64,000 bases of DNA from Spirochaetia bacterium (GTDB lineage Bacteria; Spirochaetota; Spirochaetia; UBA9216). Below the pieces are notes generated by a model. The model made no database searches and was not told where the DNA came from. It saw only the letters and a list, made by a program, of their open reading frames with translations. A program made the position numbers and the translations under genes. Each line of letters starts with the position of its first letter. Position 1 is the stretch's first letter. Location: positions 352,001-416,000 of the forward strand of contig OZ223270.1 of the NCBI GenBank assembly GCA_965140585.1. The letters run 5' to 3'. Shown piece after piece: positions 47,185-55,962 of this stretch.

Positions 47185-48414
47185 ATGAAAATATGGTTGA
47201 AGCTTCTAATTGGTATTGTTGCAGGCATTCTGCTGGGCATTTTTGTTCCTGATTCAAAGATTGATATTTTATTTCTTGAAAAGTTTTCTTCTCTCGCCAT
47301 TAATATCGGAAGATACATCCTGTTCCCGCTCATCCTCTTCAGCGTAATAATGGGAATCTATCACCTTAATCAAAACAAAAAGGTTCTAAAGCTTTTTATA
47401 AGAACAATTGTTTATATGCTCATCGCAACAGCCGCACTGGCGGCAATCGGGACAGCATCTGTACTGGTGCTCTCACCGGAAAGAATACCTATTTTCATTG
47501 AAGAGAGCTCCAGAATTAGCCTTCCCGGATTATTTGAAACTCTGATGACTATATTTCCGAAAAACTTTTTTAGGGCCCTTTTCATTGACGGAAACCAGCT
47601 TCTGCCGGTTTTTATAATGGCGGTACTGGTCGGATTCAACCTCAACTTTGACAAGGTTGTAACACGAACCGCGGTTCAGGTTTTCGATTCATTGAAATCC
47701 GTGTTCTATCACATCAACTCATTTATAATTGAACTGCTCGGAATAATCATCATTCCTTCAGTCTGGTACGTAACTGCACAGATTTCGAGAACTGCAGAGA
47801 TTGCTCCGTTCACACAGATGCTGCTTGCCATCCTTATTGATATTATTTTTATAATATTCGTACTGTATCCGGTTATAATCTACCTGCTTACAGGAAGAAA
47901 AAATCCCTACCGGTATATTTACGCAGCTCTTGCCCCCTCCCTGGCCGCCTTATCAACAGGCGACAGCCTTTTCTGTCTCGGCCTTCAAATAAAGAACAGC
48001 CGTGAAAATATGGGCTCAACACCTGATGCAGGCTCTGTAAACCTTCCCTTTCTTGCCGTTTTCGGTAAGGCCGGAACTGCAATGATCACCGGTATATCCT
48101 TTATAGTAATTTTAAAATCCTACTCCAGTCTCGGGCTTAATCTGTCAGGAGTCATCTGGGTTATCACTTTTTCATTTCTTTCATCGTTTATAATCAGCCC
48201 CTTCCCCGGAAGCGGGGTTTTTGTTGCGGTATCAATGCTCTGTACTATTTACGGAAGAGGACTTGAAGAAGGCTATCTGATTTTAAAACCGGTCATCCCG
48301 GTGCTGCTCAGTGTAAGCGTTATGCTTGACGCAATGACAAACTCACTGATATCAATGCTGTCTTCCAAAAAAACCGGACTGCATGATGATATTCCAATCA
48401 GCAATTTCAGCTGA
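47185..48414 (+). CDS. Dicarboxylate/amino acid:cation symporter (SDF/DAACS family)
   Basis: Multiple TMs; IFPKNFF, ALSTGDS (serine-rich loop equivalent), GKAGTA. Upstream TTGAAA-17-TATTGT promoter. Confidence 0.85.
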   Translation: MKIWLKLLIGIVAGILLGIFVPDSKIDILFLEKFSSLAINIGRYILFPLILFSVIMGIYHLNQNKKVLKLFIRTIVYMLIATAALAAIGTASVLVLSPERIPIFIEESSRISLPGLFETLMTIFPKNFFRALFIDGNQLLPVFIMAVLVGFNLNFDKVVTRTAVQVFDSLKSVFYHINSFIIELLGIIIIPSVWYVTAQISRTAEIAPFTQMLLAILIDIIFIIFVLYPVIIYLLTGRKNPYRYIYAALAPSLAALSTGDSLFCLGLQIKNSRENMGSTPDAGSVNLPFLAVFGKAGTAMITGISFIVILKSYSSLGLNLSGVIWVITFSFLSSFIISPFPGSGVFVAVSMLCTIYGRGLEEGYLILKPVIPVLLSVSVMLDAMTNSLISMLSSKKTGLHDDIPISNFS

Positions 48415-48425
48415 ATATCTTCTGA

Positions 48426-49124
48426 TTAAAGATTAAAGCGGAACCCTATTTCCAGGTTGATTTTTAGCTGGTCATAAAATGCGGTTCCGCTGCCGTCCCA
48501 CAGGTTGTAGAAGGGCAAATCTGTTCCCGCTTTGATATTCAGAATATATGAATCTGAAAAATTCCAGTTAAAAAATCCTCCAGTATAGAGGCTTAAAAAT
48601 CTGGCTTTTGCAAGATAATACTGTCTTACAAGCGCCACATCATCTCCGGCATTATCGTAGCCAATCAGAGGCAGTCTGAACAGAAGAGACGGAGCTCCTG
48701 TCACCCCCAGCTCAAAGTCTTCAGAAAGCGGAAAAATTACTCCTGCTTCCGGTCTGATATCAATTGCAAGGATTTCAATTCGGTCTGCGTCTTCCCGCGT
48801 TGCAGGGACCGGACGCGAAACATCATCACTGAAAATTACTGTATACGGAAAATAAAATCTGATACCCGGGTCAAGATAGAATAGCTCACCTATCCTCATA
48901 GGAACCGAGATACCGGCAGGATAAATGATAAAAGGGGATGCTGCTGAACTTATATTGGCGTCAGTTTCAGAATTAAATACAAAAGACCCGGAACCGGTTA
49001 CTGTTATTCCCATAATATCAAAGCCGGGAAGAATTTCAGCCTCTGCATATATAATTCCGGATGGAAGTATAAGAAATAAAAGAAGAATAAACAAAAATGA
49101 AAATATCTGAGTTCGGTTTTTCAT
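48426..49124 (-). CDS. Hypothetical exported protein, putative outer-membrane beta-barrel
   Basis: Signal peptide; alternating aromatic/hydrophobic strands; C-terminal LEIGFRFNL. Confidence 0.6.
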   Translation of the reverse strand: MKNRTQIFSFLFILLLFLILPSGIIYAEAEILPGFDIMGITVTGSGSFVFNSETDANISSAASPFIIYPAGISVPMRIGELFYLDPGIRFYFPYTVIFSDDVSRPVPATREDADRIEILAIDIRPEAGVIFPLSEDFELGVTGAPSLLFRLPLIGYDNAGDDVALVRQYYLAKARFLSLYTGGFFNWNFSDSYILNIKAGTDLPFYNLWDGSGTAFYDQLKINLEIGFRFNL

Positions 49125-49128
49125 ATCT

Positions 49129-50313
49129 TCAGAATATATCACCAAAAGCAAGCGATATCAGCCCGGCTCTTCCAATCTCGGGAAAACGGAACTCTTCCCA
49201 GGACAGCAGATAGTTACTGCCGTCCGACCATATTCCTGTATAACGGAAATCTTCAGGAAGAAGCGGAAGGTTGATGATCCTTAGTTCATCTCCGCAGACA
49301 ATAATTTCATTACTGTAAAGAATGTTCCATCTGCCGTCAGCATAGCAGGCTTCCAGCACGAGCGGAGAACGGTATGCGTTTCGCCCGTCATCTGATCGGC
49401 TTACAATGGTAACCGGAGAAAGGTGATCCTCCAAACCGGAGAGTCCCGCACCCTCAGAATTCATGTTGAGATAAATTATTCCAGCATCCCGGATTTCTTC
49501 ACCAAGAAGGCCTTCACCCGCAGCCCTGCGGAATCCGCGAAGAGCAAAGGGCGTTGACTCAATATCTACAGGATTATACTTTGCCCTGAAATAAGACTCA
49601 TCAATTTCATTAATGGCCCTACCTTCATTGTCATGCTGAAGATAACGGAACAGAGTCTTCTTTTCATCTGAATATTTCCAGGCAATAAAAAACCCTTCAC
49701 TGTTCCGGACAAGCTCTACAGGCTCCCAGCCTTCATCCATACCGTTTACTGAAATATCAATCAGATCAAAACGATCCGTCCCGGCCCCTGCAGCACTGTA
49801 GCGAACAAGCTGAACAGAAGGCTTTCTGACTTCCGCATTATTTGAAAAAATATCATCTCCGAAAAAATGGAAGAGAATATCAGAACCGCTTCCAAGCAGG
49901 CTTCCCAGGCATCTATACTCTGCCTGGCGCATGAATGAAGTTTCGTTCCCGGATTTTATTTCAGGAAATATCGGAAGACCGTTTTCAAAGTAGATAACCT
50001 TTGGCAGAGCTCCGTTTATTCCGGCAACCACACCCTTTGTGCCGGATCTAAAGTCTGCAATATGCAGCTGATCGGTCCAGGCTATGAACTCTTTAGCCGG
50101 AACAAGGCTGAGAATTCTACCAGCATCAGGATTTTCTCTCATCGGAACAGGAAGCAGCTGTCCTGAGTCGTTTAAATAAAAAATACCGACTTTTTCAGCG
50201 CTGCTTCGATAATCAAATACAGAAACATCCGCACTAACTGCTCCCGGAAGGAATATTAAAAATAGAAGTATACAGCAGGAGACCGGAGAGAGTAATTTGC
50301 TTTTTATTATCAT
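49129..50313 (-). CDS. Hypothetical secreted protein
   Basis: Signal peptide (..PGAVSA|D); beta-rich; tightly packed in a 3-gene operon. Confidence 0.65.
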   Translation of the reverse strand: MIIKSKLLSPVSCCILLFLIFLPGAVSADVSVFDYRSSAEKVGIFYLNDSGQLLPVPMRENPDAGRILSLVPAKEFIAWTDQLHIADFRSGTKGVVAGINGALPKVIYFENGLPIFPEIKSGNETSFMRQAEYRCLGSLLGSGSDILFHFFGDDIFSNNAEVRKPSVQLVRYSAAGAGTDRFDLIDISVNGMDEGWEPVELVRNSEGFFIAWKYSDEKKTLFRYLQHDNEGRAINEIDESYFRAKYNPVDIESTPFALRGFRRAAGEGLLGEEIRDAGIIYLNMNSEGAGLSGLEDHLSPVTIVSRSDDGRNAYRSPLVLEACYADGRWNILYSNEIIVCGDELRIINLPLLPEDFRYTGIWSDGSNYLLSWEEFRFPEIGRAGLISLAFGDIF

Positions 50314-50316
50314 ATG

Positions 50317-51006
50317 TCAGTCAAGAACAACGGTTTCGACCATATATCTTATGCTTGGGCCGTTACCGTCGAGAACCTCTTTCTCAACAACAAAAACTAG
50401 TGATTTTTCATCAGGAGCGAACATTACCTGTTTAATCCTGTATTTCATTACATCTTTTCTTTTGTAATTGGGAAGACCTATGGTGTAGGTCTTGGTATTG
50501 CTGTTTTTATCGGTAACTGAAAGGTTGATATAAAAAGAAGCGCTGGGCTCCTTCTCTGTTCCAAACCTCTGTTGAATCAGAGCGACCTGATACTTACTGT
50601 TTTTAGTAAAGTCACGGAACTCAAGCTTATCTTTCGGTTCGTTACCGTTTATAAGCAGATATACAATTCTGCCTTTGTTCAAATGGTTAATACTGAACTT
50701 CTCCACCGCATCGGCGGACTCTTTCATAATATTAAACAGGGCCCCGCTACCGTCCTGTCCGGGCTGTGTACTTACAGAGTATTCCTTTTCCATAAGTCCG
50801 TTTTCAGCGTACCTGTTGGCTTTTACTGCTATTGTATGAAGTTCAGCATAGGGTTTGGTGGTGCTGCTGTCTATACCATAAAGACCGAACATGAAATACT
50901 GTGAATCATCTGAAAATCCCAGATTTACGTAATTAGCCACATCACCGGCAAACAATGAAAATGTACAAAGCAGCATCAGGATTATCATTAAATATTTCTT
51001 GTTCAT
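50317..51006 (-). CDS. DUF2259-like secreted protein
   Basis: Signal peptide, then AGDVANYVNLGFSDDSQYFMFGLYG; C-terminal IRYMVET; RBS ggagg. Confidence 0.75.
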   Translation of the reverse strand: MNKKYLMIILMLLCTFSLFAGDVANYVNLGFSDDSQYFMFGLYGIDSSTTKPYAELHTIAVKANRYAENGLMEKEYSVSTQPGQDGSGALFNIMKESADAVEKFSINHLNKGRIVYLLINGNEPKDKLEFRDFTKNSKYQVALIQQRFGTEKEPSASFYINLSVTDKNSNTKTYTIGLPNYKRKDVMKYRIKQVMFAPDEKSLVFVVEKEVLDGNGPSIRYMVETVVLD

Positions 51007-51086
51007 TAGTAGCCTCCATTTTTGAATATCGTACATTTTTGCTCTTTTCTATAGTAAAAATATAAACTCATATTTATAATATAGAT

Positions 51087-51851
51087 ATGACTTTACGGCT
51101 ACGAAATACTTCCATGCTGCTTCTTTCTGTGCTGATCTCTCTTATGACAGTTGCTTTTATCCTTTTGTTTGCAAGAGGTGCTGGAAGGGCAGAATCTGTA
51201 AACCTTCTGGAGTTTATTTCAGTTCTGGCCACAATGGCATTCGCAACTGCTGCATGCTTTGTTATATTTGTATCGTTTAGAAATACCGCATCTGCTGAGA
51301 TTTTCTTTTTCTTCCTATTTCTGTGCAGTTTCTGCTTTGATATGTTCAAGGAAGGTTTGATTATAATCAACGATATCAGCCTGCCCTTTTCATACAGTAT
51401 GTTCATGACCAGAGTAGTCTATTTCGGAAGATTCTTCGGAGTTGTGGCGCTTTTCTGCAGCGGACTGTTTTCAACAGGATTGGAATACCAGAGAATGAGC
51501 ATGATGTTTCTAATCAGTGTGATAATTGCTCTGGGCCTTGTTTCTCTTCTGCCGGTTGACCTGTCAAAAAATATCCCCGGAGGAACAAAGGAGCTGGGAA
51601 GCTTCCTTGAAATTTATATTGTACTGATTCTTCTTCAGCTGATTTCAGTTATTAACTTCATAATTGCAAGCAATAAAAATGAAAATACCGACTACCTGTT
51701 TCTTGCAGGCAGTCTTATTCTTACCGTTACCGGAAGGGAACTTTTGTTTCTTCTGCCGGGGATAGTAGCCGCGTCAGCCGGATTTATTCTGCTCGCATCA
51801 GGAACAGTAATATTCGGACTTAAAACTCACAGAATTTATCTTTGGGAATAA
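51087..51851 (+). CDS. Hypothetical polytopic membrane protein
   Basis: About 7-8 hydrophobic segments; TATAAT 6 nt upstream of the ATG. Confidence 0.75.
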   Translation: MTLRLRNTSMLLLSVLISLMTVAFILLFARGAGRAESVNLLEFISVLATMAFATAACFVIFVSFRNTASAEIFFFFLFLCSFCFDMFKEGLIIINDISLPFSYSMFMTRVVYFGRFFGVVALFCSGLFSTGLEYQRMSMMFLISVIIALGLVSLLPVDLSKNIPGGTKELGSFLEIYIVLILLQLISVINFIIASNKNENTDYLFLAGSLILTVTGRELLFLLPGIVAASAGFILLASGTVIFGLKTHRIYLWE

Positions 51852-51855
51852 TCTG

Positions 51856-52485
51856 CTAAAGAAGGAATGTGGCTGCCAGGCCGGTTCCGAGCGGAATCAT
51901 AAGGTTATCCAGATCCTTGATTGGAACAAGCTCCAGAACCGTTGAAATACCCGCTATAAGCAGAGATACATGAAAATCAGAAGTTATTACCAGTATCACC
52001 GCAAAAACAACGCTGAAGCACGACAAAGAGCCCTCAAGAGTCTTTCCGCGGAAGCCTGGCAGTTTTACGCGGCCGAAGGTCTTACCGCCTAGGCTGGCGG
52101 CACTGTCACCAAAAGCAAGTGTATAGATAGCAATTGAAGCTGCAGGAAGAGGAAAAAGAATAAGCGCAAGCATGGTACCGACAGCCATTGTGATCGGACC
52201 GCCGACAAATCCGTCCTTATCCCTGGTTCTTGCCGCACGCATCGTAATCCCGGAAATCAAAATAACCCTTTTACCCTTAATTCTCATATATTCCGACCAG
52301 CAGTAAACTACAACAACGGCAGCAAGCAGGATCTGGGTTATAAAAAGATTAATGCCGGCCAGCAGCGGTACAAATGCTGCAAAAAGGTGTATAACCTTCC
52401 TGAAAACTTCTGTCTTTAATTCTGATGATATATATTGCAGAATTCTTTTCCCTGTTATATTTTCGGTAAATCTGATGTTACTCAA
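51856..52485 (-). CDS. Diacylglycerol/polyprenol kinase family (dolichol/phytol kinase-like, CTP_transf_1) membrane protein
   Basis: EVFRKVIH, FGDSAASLGGKTFG, KTLEGS, DLDNLMIP. Confidence 0.85.
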   Translation of the reverse strand: MSNIRFTENITGKRILQYISSELKTEVFRKVIHLFAAFVPLLAGINLFITQILLAAVVVVYCWSEYMRIKGKRVILISGITMRAARTRDKDGFVGGPITMAVGTMLALILFPLPAASIAIYTLAFGDSAASLGGKTFGRVKLPGFRGKTLEGSLSCFSVVFAVILVITSDFHVSLLIAGISTVLELVPIKDLDNLMIPLGTGLAATFLL

Positions 52486-52522
52486 TTCCGGTACTCCAGT
52501 ATATTACTTTCATTGATACTTT

Positions 52523-52538
52523 TGCAAATTCCATGCCA
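52523..52538 (-). promoter_or_regulatory. Sigma54 (-24/-12) promoter
   Basis: Minus strand TGGCATGGAATTTGCA = GG-N10-GC, about 38 nt upstream of the kinase start. Confidence 0.75.
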
Positions 52539-52624
52539 TTGCTGTTAAGGATTTTACAAAAAATTATTTCCAGGCTATATAAGGATTTATCGGACATTAT
52601 AAAAATAAAAAAAAGAAAAGTTTT

Positions 52625-52640
52625 AAAAAGTATACTTTTT
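52625..52640. promoter_or_regulatory. Perfect palindrome, candidate enhancer (UAS) for the sigma54 promoter
   Basis: AAAAAGTATACTTTTT about 90-100 bp upstream of the -24 box, separated from it by AT-rich DNA. Confidence 0.4.
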
Positions 52641-52661
52641 TATACAGTCAGCTGTAAAAAT

Positions 52662-52701
52662 AAAAAAGAGCCGGTCAAGACGAATGCTTAATCAGCTCTT
52701 T
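52662..52701 (-). terminator. Rho-independent terminator of the fur-nifX-mrp operon
   Basis: Minus strand aaagagctgattaag...cttgaccggctcttt followed by a T-run. Confidence 0.65.
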
Positions 52702-52712
52702 CATATACTCTA

Positions 52713-53525
52713 TTATTCTACAAACTTCACAATCCGGTCGATAATGCTGCTTAGCATCTTTACCGCTTCAGAGTCCGGATGAGCCTTAAACACATCAAGC
52801 CCCTTATCTTCAGCTTCCATCAGTTTCTGATCAATCGGAATTCCGCCAAGGAATTCGACCTCCATCTCACCGGCAGCTTTTTCGCCCCCACCCTTACCAA
52901 AAATATAGTGGGTTTTTCCGCAGTCCGGACAAACAAAACCGCACATATTCTCGATAAGACCGATTACCGGAACCTTTACCTGCTTTGAAAAATTTATACT
53001 CTTTCTGGAATCAAGCACAGCTACATCCTGAGGTGTAGTGACAATTATACTTCCATCTATTTCAGGTATAAGCTGACAGACAGAAAGGGGTTCATCACCT
53101 GTTCCCGGAGGAGAATCAATTATTAGAAAATCAAGGTCACCCCAGTTTACTTCAGCCAGGATCTGTTTAATAAATCCCATTTTCAGAGGACCCCGCCAAA
53201 CAATAGGCGCATCCTGATCATTTCCCGTCATCGCAAGGCTTACTGCCTTAAGATTTTCATTAACAATCGGCGCCTCAATTCCTGTATCAGTCTGATAGAG
53301 GAGTTCGCCCTCAATTCCGAGCATTTTCGCAATATTAGGTCCGTGAATATCAGTGTCAACAATACCGACTTTATAACCCTTTTCAGCAAGCCCTCGGGCA
53401 ATATTGACTGAAACCGTAGTCTTGCCTACACCGCCTTTTCCGCTCATGATTACAATTTTATGCTTAATTCTGGCCATTCTATCAGCCAGCTGTTTATCCT
53501 GCTGTATCTGTTCTTCAGTTTTCAT
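52713..53525 (-). CDS. mrp: Mrp/NBP35 (ApbC) Fe-S cluster carrier ATPase
   Basis: SGKGGVGKTT, DTDIHGPN, WRGP, DSPPGTGDE, TTPQ, ENMCGFVCPDC. Confidence 0.95.
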   Translation of the reverse strand: MKTEEQIQQDKQLADRMARIKHKIVIMSGKGGVGKTTVSVNIARGLAEKGYKVGIVDTDIHGPNIAKMLGIEGELLYQTDTGIEAPIVNENLKAVSLAMTGNDQDAPIVWRGPLKMGFIKQILAEVNWGDLDFLIIDSPPGTGDEPLSVCQLIPEIDGSIIVTTPQDVAVLDSRKSINFSKQVKVPVIGLIENMCGFVCPDCGKTHYIFGKGGGEKAAGEMEVEFLGGIPIDQKLMEAEDKGLDVFKAHPDSEAVKMLSSIIDRIVKFVE

Positions 53526-53536
53526 TTTTTCACCTA

Positions 53537-53905
53537 TTAATGATGATGTCCGCAGTCATCACCGCCGTGATCGTGGTTATGATCACAGCCAACAGCACCG
53601 CCGGTGAGAGTCCCTGTTCTGAAAGATTCAAGAACCGTGTTCACATCCCCGGAAACACTTCCTATAACATCAATGCCGTTTCGCTGCATATTGGCAACAG
53701 CTCCTGCGCCTATGCCTCCGACAATCAGAACTTTTACACCATTATCTACCATCATCTGTGGAAGAGTCTGGCAATGTCCGCCCGGATTAGCCTTATACTC
53801 TACATCAGCTACGCCGTTTTCATTCACCTGAGCAAAAGTAAAACCGGGGGCCTGTCCGAAATGCCCTGATACCTGTCCGTCAGCTGTTGCTACCGCTACC
53901 TTCAT
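53537..53905 (-). CDS. NifB/NifX family cluster-binding protein with His/Cys-rich tail
   Basis: MKVAVAT, VSGHFGQA, GGIGAGA; C-terminal CDHNHDHGGDDCGHHH. Confidence 0.9.
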   Translation of the reverse strand: MKVAVATADGQVSGHFGQAPGFTFAQVNENGVADVEYKANPGGHCQTLPQMMVDNGVKVLIVGGIGAGAVANMQRNGIDVIGSVSGDVNTVLESFRTGTLTGGAVGCDHNHDHGGDDCGHHH

Positions 53906-54377
53906 TTCCTGTCTCCTTTCTGCAGTTCGGACAAACTCCATAGAACTGCACTATATGTCTTTTTATTTCAAATCCGTGTTTTTTCGAAAGTACGGATTCA
54001 ACTTTCCTGTATAGATCTATTTCATCTTCGATAAAATCTGAGTACTTTACGACCCTGAAACATTTCTCGCAAACCAGCTGATGATGATGCGCTGCGCTCT
54101 GGTCATCTGCCAGAATATATCTGGCCCGACTCTCTCCGAAATTATATCTGGTGACAAGACCCATTTCATCCAGAAGAATCAGCGTCCTGTAAACTGTCGC
54201 AATACCCGTTGCAGGAGAATCTTCTCTTATCTTTGAGAAAATTTCTTCAGCACTCATATAACCGTCCGCCTGCTCAAGAACTTCAATTACCAGCTGTCTG
54301 GGAATTGTCATCCTGAGACCCCGGTCCTTAATACCGCCCTCAAAATTCATACAACAGGGTTTCTTTCTGTTTTGCAT
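53880..54377 (-). CDS. fur: Fur family transcriptional regulator
   Basis: RMTIPRQ, GIATVYRTL, HHHQLVCEKC, YGVCPNC. Confidence 0.93.
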   Translation of the reverse strand: MQNRKKPCCMNFEGGIKDRGLRMTIPRQLVIEVLEQADGYMSAEEIFSKIREDSPATGIATVYRTLILLDEMGLVTRYNFGESRARYILADDQSAAHHHQLVCEKCFRVVKYSDFIEDEIDLYRKVESVLSKKHGFEIKRHIVQFYGVCPNCRKETGNEGSGSNS

Positions 54378-54397
54378 CAGTTTCTATCCGAATGTTT

Positions 54398-54416
54398 GAT
54401 ATTGAGAATCATTATC
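54398..54416. promoter_or_regulatory. Fur box (17/19 match to GATAATGATAATCATTATC)
   Basis: GATATTGAGAATCATTATC immediately downstream of a minus-strand TTGACG-17-TACATT promoter (54449-54421). Confidence 0.85.
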
Positions 54417-54450
54417 AATAAATGTATAAAAAAAAGCGGACTGCGTCAAG

Positions 54451-54837
54451 CTAGTTAAGACTGGCTCCGAAAAGAGTTTTTACAGAACTTTGAAGTGTAT
54501 TTCTTGAAAACGGCTTAATAAGCCAGGAGGCGGAAAGAAGTAGTTCTATAGAATTAAGCTGAATTTTTTCAATTTCCAGTTTTCTGCTTTCAGAAGCGAG
54601 GAAAAGAAATCTAATCTCTTTCCCTTCATAACCTCTGAGACCCTCCAGAACCTCTGTCCAAAGGGCCGATTTAATATCCATATCCACAATTAAAAGCTTA
54701 ACTTTAGTTCTCTGAAGATACTTCTCAATCTCAGTGATAGAATCACTGCTCATAATTTCCCATGTATCTTCAAGGGCAAATCTGATATCGCTAATCAAAG
54801 CTTCTGAATCAGAAAGCAGAACCAATTCAAACCTCAC
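54451..54837 (-). CDS. Single-domain atypical response-regulator receiver
   Basis: LLIVDMD (phosphoacceptor position) and WLIKPF are present; acidic pocket degenerate (LLSDS). Starts 2 nt after the sigma stop. Confidence 0.7.
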   Translation of the reverse strand: MRFELVLLSDSEALISDIRFALEDTWEIMSSDSITEIEKYLQRTKVKLLIVDMDIKSALWTEVLEGLRGYEGKEIRFLFLASESRKLEIEKIQLNSIELLLSASWLIKPFSRNTLQSSVKTLFGASLN

Positions 54838-54839
54838 AA

Positions 54840-55814
54840 TTACATAACACTCTTCAGTTCCTGAATTTCCGAGAATTCTCTCAATTTCAGGATGGCTTTA
54901 TTCTGTATCTGTCTGACCCGCTCTCTGGTAATTGAAAATAGTTTTCCAATATCTTCCAGTGTCAGCGGTGCTTTTCCGTTAAGACCGAACCGAAGTTTTA
55001 TTATTTCCCTTTCCCTCTCAGTCAGCTCATTAAGTGAATACTGAAGTATTTCCTTTACATTTATCCTGAAAAAATCTTCAAAAGGACCAATGTAATCTTC
55101 GCCAGAAATAAGCTCTGCCAGATTTGTACTGTTGTCATCATCTACTGTTGTATCCAGAGACGCTGTATCACCGGTACTGTTAAGAATGCTTTCTACCTTT
55201 TCTTCAGAAATATTAAGATAGTTTGCAATCTCAGAAGCTTTGGGATCTCTTCCAAGGTCCTGTGTCAGTTCTCTTGATGCTGAATAGAATTTTCTGGCGG
55301 AGTTAAGCACATGAACGGGTATTCGTATTGTACGGCCTTTGTCAGCTATCGATTTGATAATCGACTGTTGTATCCACCAGGTCCCGTAAGTTGAAAACTT
55401 ACAGCCCTTCCGGTAATCAAAACGCTCAACCGCTTCTATAAGTCCGATATTGCCTTCGTTTATCAGATCGATAAGGTTAAGGCCCCTATGCTGATATTTT
55501 TTGGCGATAGAAACGACAAGCCTGAGATTACTTGTAATCAGATGATTTCTGTGGACTTCTGATTCCGCCTCCAGAAACGATCTTGCCTTGTCATATTCCT
55601 CACGACTAATTTCAGCGTACTGCAGTTTTTCATCAAGCTCCTGCAGACCTTTCTTTGTCTCGCTGATATTATACGCAAGATCCAACTCATCATTCCGGGA
55701 CAGTAACGGATAAACCGAAATCTGCTTCAGATATGAAGACAGGGCATCTTTTTCTACCGATTCCTGCTCCCTTTCACTTTCACTGTCTATGTACCATACC
55801 TCATTCATGCTCAC
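54840..55814 (-). CDS. Sigma70-family group 2 (RpoS-like) sigma factor
   Basis: Region 1.2 DALSSYLKQI; NLRLVVSIAKKY; KFSTYGTWWI; TRERVRQIQ; lacks region 1.1 (324 aa). Confidence 0.9.
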   Translation of the reverse strand: MSMNEVWYIDSESEREQESVEKDALSSYLKQISVYPLLSRNDELDLAYNISETKKGLQELDEKLQYAEISREEYDKARSFLEAESEVHRNHLITSNLRLVVSIAKKYQHRGLNLIDLINEGNIGLIEAVERFDYRKGCKFSTYGTWWIQQSIIKSIADKGRTIRIPVHVLNSARKFYSASRELTQDLGRDPKASEIANYLNISEEKVESILNSTGDTASLDTTVDDDNSTNLAELISGEDYIGPFEDFFRINVKEILQYSLNELTEREREIIKLRFGLNGKAPLTLEDIGKLFSITRERVRQIQNKAILKLREFSEIQELKSVM

Positions 55815-55884
55815 ATAATTACACGGCTAAGACCATAAAAAAATCAGGTTAGTTTGAGATATGACATAAGAACCCGCCCCATTC

Positions 55885-55933
55885 GCTATAGGGGTTTCCC
55901 CTATAGCTGATACAGGTATTTGAATATCCTGTA
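55885..55933. repeat. Two tandem inverted repeats upstream of the sigma gene
   Basis: GCTATAGGGG-ttt-CCCCTATAGC (perfect 10-bp arms) and TACAGGtatttgaatatCCTGTA. Confidence 0.7.
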
Positions 55934-55962
55934 AAGTTTTTGGAGTTTTGAAATTGCCTTAT

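Noticed and set aside
53537-53941. NifX-like gene as evidence of nitrogen fixation
   Set aside because: No nifHDK/ENB nearby; NifX-like plus Mrp modules are common outside diazotrophy.
55815-55962. Borrelia-style sigma54 promoter upstream of the RpoS-like gene
   Set aside because: No TGGCAC-N5-TTGC-like GG-N10-GC match was found on the coding strand.
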